A stretch of 26,770 bases of DNA, taken from NCBI GenBank assembly GCA_002269645.1, contig NIVC01001682.1:1-26770 (forward strand), written 5' to 3'. A model generated the notes under the pieces. That model ran no database searches. It was not told the origin of the DNA and saw only the letters and a list, made by a program, of their open reading frames with translations. A program made the position numbers and the translations under genes. Below, in pieces: positions 9,318 through 19,800 of this stretch (the first letter of the stretch is position 1; every line of letters begins with the position of its first letter). This stretch comes from Macrostomum lignano (taxonomy: Eukaryota).

Positions 9318-11312
9318 CTGCCCGTGGTCGCCAGGGGCTAGCGAAATGGGCGGCAACGCCTCCTCGCTGTTTCCGGACGCACGGAGCTCCTGCAGCTAAG
9401 TCAAGTATTTTGAACCGACTGCGCTGGGGAGTTAAAATTAGTGGTCGAAAACAACTTTCCAGACTTCTCAAGGTTATGGTTAACCTCGTATCAACTTGGC
9501 TACTAGAGACGATAGCGATAGCTACATACGAGTAATACATCTATACTGTATATCATATAGATCATAGTACATTATAGGTCATTCTTTGGTTACACCCAAG
9601 CGAAACGCGCGGAACGCACAGGCCCCAGGCCAATTTTTGTTCACGAGCCCCCAATTAATGTGGCCGCTCACGGAACCTGGGTACTTGATAGCTACTCAGA
9701 CATATCAGTTGCGCCGCCCCTCCCGTGCATTAAGTCTGAGTTCTGTATTCAGCTTGAAGTTATCCGTGCTTTATTAGCCAGACCCTCCGCCCTATATTGC
9801 CTGGCAGAGCGAGGCGAAAAGAATGGAATAAGAAGGAATTGGAAGTTTCTCCAACCCGAATAATCCCTTCCTATGATGCCTTCACTTAAAACCTTTCAGT
9901 TCGCCAGTTTGCAGAAATAGTTTGTTCTAGCTTTCGTCTCCGAATCTCGTTTGGTTTTAGTGTCTGATCTTGATCCTATCTACCTGTGCTAGGCCTCAGA
10001 AAGCAGTTGTACCTTATAACGGGTTGCCCTTATATTCTCAGCAGCCGGGATTATACGCGGTCAGCTAATCCGAGCGAAGATCTGAGCAAATCTAGCGTAG
10101 GGCGCGGAGACACAGGAAATTATCCCGTGTCAGAAGCTCCTCGCATTTATTATTGGGATTTAACAGCCGCTCTGTAGAAAAATGTGTGGCAGACGGCGAG
10201 AGGTCGCTCGCCGAAAGTTTTAGGATGCAGCAGCAATTAGCTGCTAAAAATGCAGATGGCTGTTGTCGCTTCAGTGACATCATCCCGCAGTCAGTCGGTG
10301 CTGTTAGAAGTCGCGTGATGGATTTCACGCAACTCCAAACAGTACACAGAAAGATCAGTTGCTCACTTGAGATCAATTCAAATCACCGCATGGTTGCTCT
10401 ATAAGTTAAAGATTGCTCAAATCGGTGTTAAAATGGGTCTGAATCAACTGCACACTGATTTTGACACCGAGCAGTGTCAAAATTGAAAGAGAAAAGTTTT
10501 CATGTTCTTCCACAGACAGAGATAGAAAATATAGTTTAAAGCTGAATATCAAAAACAAATGAAAATAGTCATTATTGCTTGGTTCTTGTCAAGTTCGCTA
10601 ATTTACCTTTGTTTAATACGATTCTGAAAGTGTTTCACAAGGAAACGATTGCTACTAAAATTAGGAGCTCATTGATTTTATCATTGAAGCATGCGCAGAC
10701 GTCCTCAAATCCGACTATTGAATCCCTTGTTTACGCCTTCTACGCCAAGAAATCAATGAATAGACTAAATTCGTCAAGAAATGTGTACTTATAGGAATCA
10801 TTTGACGATAGACCCTAGACTAGGAGTATAATAATTAAAAGATCCATATTTCTTTGTACTGATTGTTGGGCCAAATTAATCAAAGTCTACGAGCGTACCC
10901 CAGAGTTGGCTGGTCAATTCGCTGACTAGCCAAGTACCGGCGTAGTTAAGAAACGGAATTATAGCTCGTAGCTTAGTAAGCTCATTCTAGATTAATTTAC
11001 AGTTAGTACCCACCTAGGACAATGGTTGACGGAATTTATAACATGCCATACGACGCTCCGATAGAGGTTTGTCAACGAAAATTTCCTGCGCTTACTCAAC
11101 TATGTTGTTGCTTGTGATTATTAAGTTACAACTCAGCGATATTAAAAGCCGCCACTATAGACTGTGTACCTGAGCAAGAGGTTAAAATGATTCCTTTGAA
11201 GTGTAGTGAATTGAAGTCGAACGTTTCCCCTTCGCTCTATAGGCAACGTTGACGGTCTTTTAATTTTGCTGAGTACATCTTAAGACTTAAGTCCTTAGCT
11301 TAAGATTCTTAG

Positions 11313-11554
11313 ATGGTGCTGTTCCAAAATTTTGTGCGCCCGAGTGGCAATATAAATAATTACCCGATACTACTAAAATTCTTTTCCAACCAGTTGATTC
11401 AACTCTGGATTGACGACATCTCTCAAGGCCGACCCAACCTGGTCCAAGTGAAGAACAATGTTCCGCCTCAGGTCCTACTGTATCACGTGCTTATCTTTAT
11501 TTTCGGAGTGCTACTATTACTGTTGATGGCCGTTCTCGCAACTATTGAGGCAAG
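11313..11554 (+). CDS. Putative exon of a membrane protein (one TM helix), weakly similar to the iGluR/IR S2-M4 region
   Basis: Acceptor ttcttag at 11312 (alternative ttccaaccag at 11393) and strong donor AG|GTAAGG at 11554/11555 in phase 2. Peptide ...NNYPILLKFFSNQLIQLWIDD...LLYHVLIFIFGVLLLLLMAVLATIEAR. Confidence 0.5.
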
Positions 11555-11949
11555 GTAAGGCTCGGGCATTGTTTAGCCTGTTTCAATCCATTTCTAGGTT
11601 TTTGTTGAATCCAATTCAATTGGTTTCTGCACGAATTACAGTGCTTTTTTGCACAAAATGCATTTGATGCTTCTTAAAGTGAATAAATGAGCCGAATTAT
11701 GAGTGCATGGGCAAACAAAGCACTCTAGTCAACCAGACCAACGCCTGCAAAATACACATGACCAGCTGCCTCAAGGGATGACGGAAAGCAGCCTACTTAG
11801 CTTTGTACTAACCACGGCCACCTCTGCTTAACTTGCAAGATAACTGGCAGCAAATACGTTGCGCTCTTGTTATCATCGCTCATGCTCCCCTTGCTGCATA
11901 CAACTCACTAACATCTATTTAACTATGCTTGCCAACAATATTTAAACAG

Positions 11950-12139
11950 ATACGGCATCGCCCTTCATATACTGCTGCCTCTAGTCACCCGGGTCATCGA
12001 CGTTGCACAGCTTTTTGATCTCACTCCGCTGCCGCAGTCTAAGCGCATATCATTTGGCGTAGAGGCGCAGAACAGCACGAACTACAATCGAGCCCTCACT
12101 GATGCCTTGCTGAATCCAGGAGCGCAGCTTCATACTTGA
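11950..12139 (+). CDS. Putative terminal exon joined to 11313-11554
   Basis: Branch-like CACTAAC near 11906 and acceptor tttaaacag at 11949. Phase 2 matches the upstream donor. Reads (R)YGIALHILLPLVTRVIDVAQLFDL...GAQLHT*, 62 codons to TGA at 12137-12139. Missed by the ORF track because it has no start codon. Confidence 0.55.
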
Positions 12140-12210
12140 CAGCATATTTGAGCTAATAGCATGACCGCTGGACTGCGCTGAGTTGCTTGGTTTCAATTCC
12201 TAGTTCCAAT

Positions 12211-13184
12211 GATTGATCTATCCACCTCACAGATCCTCAGATTGATCTATCCACCTCACAGATCCTGATTGATCTATCCACCTCACAGGTCCTCAGATTG
12301 ATCTATCCACCTCACAGGTCCTCAGATTGATTTATCCACCTCACAGATCCTCAGATTGATCTATCCACCTCACAGATCCTCAGATTGATCTATCCACCTC
12401 ACAGGTCCTCAGATTGATCTATCCACCTCACAGATCCTCAGATTGATCTATCCACCTCACAGGTCCTCAGATTGATCTATCCACCTCACAGATCCTGATT
12501 GATCTATCCACCTCACAGGTCCTCAGATTGATCTATCCACCTCACAGGTCCTCAGATTGATCTATCCACCTCACAGATCCTCAGATTGATCTATCCACCT
12601 CACAGATCCTCAGATTGATCTATCCACCTCACAGATCCTCAGATTGATCTATCCACCTCACAGATCCTCAGATTGATCTATCCACCTCAAAGATCCTCCT
12701 CAGATTGATCTGTATCTATCCACCTTAAAGATCCTCCTCAGATTGATCTATTGAACACTTCAAAGATCCTCAGATTGATCTATCCACCTTAAAGATTCTC
12801 CTCAGATTGATCTATATCTATCCACCTCAAAGATCCTCCTTAGATTGATCTATCCACCTTAAAGATTCTCCTCAGATTGATCTATATCTATCCACCTCAC
12901 AGATCCTCAGATTGATCTATCCACCTCAAAGATCCTCCTCAGATTGATCTGTATCTATCCACCTTAAAGATCCTCCTCAGATTGATCTATTGAACACTTC
13001 AAAGATCCTCAGATTGATCTATCCACCTTAAAGATTCTCCTCAGATTGATCGGTATCTATCCACCTTATAGATTCTCCTCAGATTGATCTATATCTATCC
13101 ACCTCAAAGATCCTCCTTAGATTGATCTATCCACCTTAAAGATCCTCCTCAGTTTGATCTATTGACCACTTCAAGGATCCTCAG
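12211..13184. repeat. 29-bp satellite with 26/32/38-bp variants and a 239-bp higher-order duplication
   Basis: Unit GATTGATCTATCCACCTCACAGATCCTCA; the block from 12662 is repeated from 12901. Confidence 0.97.
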
Positions 13185-13668
13185 TCCACATCCCAAAAAC
13201 TCAGATTGAAATACTTTTCTCAAAAATTCTCTCAAGTCGATCTTATCAATCCATGAACCTCGAAAATGATTTAATGCCGCACAGTTAATCAAATTTTAAC
13301 AAAACTTGAAGCAGTGTTTATATAATGGACTCATGTCTCGTTCTTTGTCATCCATCCGTATAAAAAGATGAATAAATAATAAGCGAACAGTAGCATGCTA
13401 GAACTCAGCTTCGTGTATAATTAACTCGGCAATATCTGCTTTCAATTAGCTAAAATACTCGTACTTTCGAATAGGCTCTCTAATAACGCACATTCAAAGC
13501 CAGTAAATTGATCAAGAATCTCGCAATTATATGGCAAAGAACGAATAAAGGTGCATAATAAATACAGGCAAAAAATCCATACGCAGATTTTTTATAGAAT
13601 TCGCTATTGTCCCAAGAAAATCATTTTGCAGCTATAGGGATCAGGCTAAAGGTGACAATTGTAGGCTC

Positions 13669-13876
13669 CTAGGCTCGCTTGGCCTCGCCGAACTCCAGCA
13701 CGCCGAGGCCGCGGACGGCAGCGCGGCTTCGACGATTTGGCCAGCTGACGCAGCCGATGAAAGCGAAGGAGCCCCGGCCGCGGCTGCACCAGGCGTCGGC
13801 TGTGGCGGACGCCAGCTTGCGGATGGCGGCGCTGAGCAGGTCCGTCTGGTTGCCAACGTCAACGATAACTAGAGAC
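13669..13876 (-). CDS. MSH4: MSH4-like exon 6 (Walker B region to stop)
   Basis: cccgctgcag|G TCT CTA GTT ATC GTT GAC in phase 2 gives (R)SLVIVDVGNQTD...SFAFIGC...EAKRA*. The ORF track shows a different frame here. Confidence 0.8.
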
Positions 13877-16800
13877 CTGCAGCGGGGAGGGGTCGTGCAA
13901 GGGGTCTTGATTATTTGTTATTACTTTTATTTAGGGAATTAGGGAATATATAGATATAGGTCTAATCTAATACTTTTAGGGATTCTGGAATGCAAGCCAA
14001 ATACGAGTACCATAGGAATTTCGGTGGCAATTCGAGATATTCTGAGAGAGGGTCGGTATTTTGGGGGCTGGATAGATAAGCAGATGAAATTTATGTGTGA
14101 ACTGTCAAGTCTCTAAGTCTTCAGATGCAAAGAGCTTACCAGATCCCACTGAAGGGTTAAAATGCTGACAAACTAACCGGAGAATCGAGGGAGATTAGCG
14201 ATTGAAAGACAGATTTGAGAAGACTCAACAAAACTGCAAAAAATGAGTTTTAATTGGCCTGTTTCAAAAACTCACCTGCTAGTGAGCCCGTTGCACAGAC
14301 CGCTCAGCTGATCGAATAGAGCGCCAGATCCTTCCGTGTTCCAATCCGCGCTTTCCGCGGCGCCCCCAGCGGAGTCTGGCACCTCGTCGATCGGCGCCAG
14401 ACGCAGTGCGATAAGCCGATCGCACAGGCGGAACGAGGCCTGCAAAGCGGGCACGTCCGAGCCGGCCTGGGCCATGACCTGCATCAGGCCGATCTGCCGA
14501 AGGAAGTCGCGCCTGTCCTGGCCGGCGCCGCCGCACACGGCCAGCAGGGAGCAGGCCCGCGAGGCGAACGCGTGCCGCCCGGGCCCGCCGCCGCAGACCG
14601 ATCGGCGCCGTGTCGGACAGGCGAGCGGCGGCGGCAGCGGGTGGCGGCCGCAGCGAATGGCGAGCCGGTCGCCGAACTCCGGCCTGGTGTAGCCGCGCTG
14701 CACGCTGGCCAGAGCTAGGGAGCTGAGCAGATCGGCATTGCTAACGGCATCAATGCATTTGAATAGCTGCATGGCGTGGGCTGGCAGCGACTCAAATAGC
14801 AGCTCAAATATCTGCAGCGTCAGCTTGTAGACGTTCTCGACGCTGACCTCGATGTCGGCGTTCAGAGCCGCCAGCTGGCTAGTGGTGAAGCTGCAGCACC
14901 GGCGGCCAATTGTCAGGTTGAGAAGCTCAGGCGCCAGACGGCTAGCTGTCTCCAGCAGGGTTGGCGGCCTCCGCTGCTCCCGGCGCCGCTGCTGAGGTGC
15001 TTGGCAATCTAGCTCGCTGCTGCACCAGCTGCTGCTGCTGCCGTAGGTGTTGCCGTTGCCGGCTGAGCTTGCAGACGACTTGGAAATAGCAGCGGCAGCA
15101 GCACCAGAGATATTGTCGTGAGGACTCACTAGTAGGGAGCTGAGTGTCTCATCGTCATTAGCGTCGCCGTCCTATTGAGAAGCAGAAAAAGTAGTTAAAG
15201 CTGTTACAGCTGATTTCAAGGCACCCAAGCGGGCTGCTTGCCAACAAAGAAGACGATTTCAGCCAAGCCTGTATTTGAGCGCTAAGGAAACCACCTGGAA
15301 GAGAGGCCTATAAACTTTGCGTTTATTGTTCAACTGCATTAGGCAGAAACCAGCTTGGTGAAAGCTCAGACCCGAGCCCGTTAATCTATAATCGAAGCGG
15401 CAGGCAAAAATTGATTAAAAGCTTTCCATTTCTTTTCAAGAAAATTATTTATCGCTTTTTTATAATTTGATGGCCTGGATTCGTCTTTGAAAACAAAAGA
15501 ACAACCTCGGCAGCAAAGAGGGCTAAGCGGATTATCTATGGAAGAAAAAACGTATCAATTTATTCAGTCAAGGCAAACAGGCCATTAAAGTGATTGGAAT
15601 CGAATTAACCAGAAGCTGCGAATTATATTAGAATCCTACTCTAACAGATTAGCTTCCGTATCATGATCACATGAAATGGAGAATTAATTAGCATAGGCTT
15701 ATCCAAGATCTGCTCAGACAAATAAGATATAGTATAAGATGCTCTTGTTTAAAGACTTTTTTTACCCTCTACATGACACTTACAGTTCAAGGCTGTTATG
15801 CGTCTGGGGCTTGCGGCTTGTCGTCTGATCCGCAGAAATGAGGGCAACAGCTAAAGCACAGAGTGTATTCATAACTGACAATGAGACAGCTAGGGCTGCT
15901 GTAAACCCTGTGTGAGTGAGCAGCTAGGGCTGCTGTAAACCCTGTGTGAGTGAGCAGCTAGGGCTGCTGTACATCCTTGAGAGTGAGCAGCCACTCTCAC
16001 TCATACATGCGCAACCTCCAAAATTCGGTCGGCCGTGCGACTTAGTTTTAACAAAAATGCGACGTAGTTTTTGGCCAAAAATGCGACTTGCATGTAAAAA
16101 AACCGTAAAGCAAAATTAACGCAAGTTTGGGTAAACGGCAGGAGTAACTATGACTCTCTTATTAAGCCAAAATGCTTCGTCAGCTACTTAGTACTACTAC
16201 TAGGGTGTTTTTTGAGTGGGCATTTTTGCGACTTCCTTGGTTGGTCGCCAAATCGGTCGGCCGGATCGGCCGACTCGGCCGACTGTTGCGCATGTATGCT
16301 CTCACTGAATCTGAGCAGCCACTCTCACTGAATCTGAGCAGCCACTCTCACTGAATCTGAGCAGCCACTCTCACTGAATCTGAGCAGCCACTCTCACTGA
16401 ATCTGAGCAGCCACTCTCACTGAATCTGAGCAGCCACTCTCACTGAATCTGAGCAGCCACTCTCACTGAATCTAAACAGCCACCCTCACTGAATCTAAGC
16501 AGTGAGCAGTCACTCTCACTAAATCTGAGCAGCCACTCTCACTAAATCTGAGCAGTCACTCTCACTGAATCTGAGCAGCCACTCTCACTGAATCTGAGCA
16601 GCCACTCTCACTGAATCTAAACAGCCACTCTCACTAAATCTGAGCAGTCACTCTCACTTAATCTAAGCAGCCACTCTCACTGAATCTGAGCAGCCACTCT
16701 CACTAAATCTAAACAGCCACCCTCACTGAATCTAAGCAGTCACTCTCACTAAATCTGAGCAGCCACTCTCACTGAATCTGAGCAGTCACTCTCACTAAAT

Positions 16801-19800
16801 CTGAGCAGCCACTCTCACTGAATCTGAGCAGTCACTCACTGAATTTAAACAGCCACCCTCACTGAATCTGAGCAGCCACTCTCACTGAATCTGAGCAGCC
16901 ACTCTCACTGAATCTGAGCAGTCACTCTCACTAAATCTGAGCAGTCACTCTCACTGAATCTGAGCAGCCACTCTCACTGAATCTGAGAAGCCACTCTCAC
17001 TGAATCTAAACAGCCACTCTCACTAAATCTGAGCAGTCACTCTCACTGAATCTGAGCAGCCACTCTCACCGAATCTGAGCAGTCACTCTCACTAAATCTG
17101 AGCAGCCACTCTCACTGAATCTGAGCAGTCACTCACTGAATTTAAACAGCCACCCTCACTGAATCTGAGCAGCCACTCTCACTGAATCTGAGCAGCCACT
17201 CTCACTGAATCTGAGCAGTCACTCTCACTAAATCTGAGCAGTCACTCTCACTGAATCTGAGCAGCCACTCTCACTGAATCTGAGAAGCCACTCTCACTGA
17301 ATCTAAACAGCCACTCTCACTAAATCTGAGCAGTCACTCTCACTGAATCTGAGCAGCCACTCTCACTGAATCTGAGCAGCCACTCTCACTGAATCTAAAC
17401 AGCCACTCTCACTAAATCTGAGCAGCCACTCTCACTGAATCTGAGCAGCCACTCTCACTGAATCTGAGCAGCCACTCTCACTGAATCTGAGCAGTCACTC
17501 TCACTAAATCTGAGCAGCCACTCTCACTGAATCTGAGCAGCCACTCTCACTGAATCTGAGCAGCCACTCTCACTGAATCTAAACAGCCACCCTCACTGAA
17601 TCTAAGCAGTGAGCAGTCACTCTCACTAAATCTGAGCAGCCACTCTCACTAAATCTGAGCAGTCACTCTCACTGAATCTGAGCAGCCACTCTCACTGAAT
17701 CTGAGCAGCCACTCTCACTGAATCTAAACAGCCACTCTCACTAAATCTGAGCAGTCACTCTCACTTAATCTAAGCAGCCACTCTCACTGAATCTGAGCAG
17801 CCACTCTCACTAAATCTGAGCAGTCACTCTCACTGAATCTGAGCAGCCACTCTCACTGAATCTAAACAGCCACTCTCACTAAATCTGAGCAGTCACTCTC
17901 ACTGAATCTGAGCAGCCACTCTCACCGAATCTGAGCAGTCACTCTCACTAAATCTGAGCAGCCACTCTCACTGAATCTGAGCAGTCACTCACTGAATTTA
18001 AACAGCCACCCTCACTGAATCTGAGCAGCCACTCTCACTGAATCTGAGCAGCCACTCTCACTGAATCTGAGCAGTCACTCTCACTAAATCTGAGCAGTCA
18101 CTCTCACTGAATCTGAGCAGCCACTCTCACTGAATCTGAGAAGCCACTCTCACTGAATCTAAACAGCCACTCTCACTAAATCTGAGCAGTCACTCTCACT
18201 GAATCTGAGCAGCCACTCTCACTGAATCTGAGCAGCCACTCTCACTGAATCTAAACAGCCACTCTCACTAAATCTGAGCAGCCACTCTCACTGAATCTGA
18301 GCAGCCACTCTCACTGAATCTGAGCAGCCACTCTCACTGAATCTGAGCAGTCACTCTCACTAAATCTGAGCAGCCACTCTCACTGAATCTGAGCAGCCAC
18401 TCTCACTGAATCTGAGCAGCCACTCTCACTGAATCTAAACAGCCACCCTCACTGAATCTAAGCAGTGAGCAGTCACTCTCACTAAATCTGAGCAGCCACT
18501 CTCACTAAATCTGAGCAGTCACTCTCACTGAATCTGAGCAGCCACTCTCACTGAATCTGAGCAGCCACTCTCACTGAATCTAAACAGCCACTCTCACTAA
18601 ATCTGAGCAGTCACTCTCACTTAATCTAAGCAGCCACTCTCACTGAATCTGAGCAGCCACTCTCACTGAATCTGAGCAGCCACTCTCACTGAATCTAAGC
18701 AGTGAGCAGTCACTCTCACTAAATCTGAGCAGCCACTCTCACTGAATCTGAGCAGCCACTCTCACTGAATATGAGCAGCCACTCTCACTGAATCTGAGCA
18801 GCCACTCTCACTGAATCTGAGCAGCCACTCTCACTGAATCTGAGCAGCCACTCTCACTGAATCTGAGCAGCCACTCTCACTGAATCTGAGCTACTTGACT
18901 AAATCGGGCTAATCTCATTAAATATATAACAAGGCTGTGATAATACTCAACTATTTGCTTTCGTCGCTCGGTGAGAAATTGGCCCAGCGCTTGCCGGCTG
19001 CACTGCGCATGGAAGCCGCGTAGTTTTGAGTGCGCAAGCGCAGCCTCGAGGCCCAGCCGGCCAGCCAGGTCGGCAACCAGCCGCTCCGCCGCCGCCACCT
19101 GGCTGGCGTACAGCTGGCGAGCTCGATCTAGGGAGTCGTTGACGCCGGGCCTGACAGCGCCGATGCGTTGCGCGTGCATAGTTAAGCGGCCGCGCGAATA
19201 GCGCATGTCCGGGTTGGCCAGCACTTCGAAGTGAGCGCGCAGCCGCGGCAGAGCTGGCTCGTCCAGGGCCCGGCGGAAATTGGCGAACAATGGATGCCGA
19301 AGGGGGGCGAGGGCCTGGCTGAGCGGGTCCAGGCGGCCCAGCATGTGGTGCAGGTAGATGATGCGGTTAATTCGGGTGCGAGCCACGTTGATTGTCGGCG
19401 GCATGCGAGACCGGCGTCGGCACAGCGAGTTGATGCAGTTGAAGTACGAGAACTCCGCCAACTGGGCGCGCAATGACTGAGATAAATATGAGCAAAAAGA
19501 AATTAGATTGACTTTTGCTATCTGCACTACTGTCAGTAGGGGAGATAAAAGCGCTGTGACAAACAGAAAATGTCACGTCTTTGAAAGTTTTTTTAAATAG
19601 GAAATTTCACAGAAAGCTATTAAAAAGTTAAAACTAGTTTATAAAAAATGAGAAAATGACAGTGAACAGGTGGAAAAGGGAAGGAGAAGTCCAACTGCCA
19701 GTCTACAAAGAGAAGGAAGGGAGCCCGACGTTAACTGCCGAAAATAGGGTTAAGGTCTAGGGTTTAGGTTAGGGTCAGAGTCGGCAGTCGTGGAGCTATA

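Noticed and set aside
10422-10483. Small hairpin cluster ATTTTGACAC/GTGTCAAAAT
   Set aside because: The stem is real but short; probably a TE subterminal relic with no definable boundaries.
9578-10794. Several 60-100-codon open frames as upstream exons of the putative receptor gene
   Set aside because: I could not build a phase-consistent splice path or recognise a motif.
7351-11185. AACCTCTT (7351) / AAGAGGTTAA (11176) as piggyBac termini
   Set aside because: Only 8 bp match, and the left side lacks TTAA.
16299-18891. CRISPR-like appearance of the short-unit arrays (also 12211-13184)
   Set aside because: Head-to-tail repeats with no unique spacers, no cas genes and a eukaryotic context.
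19745-19776. Telomere-like TAGGGTTAAGG...TTAGGG patch
   Set aside because: Too short and degenerate to call an interstitial telomere.
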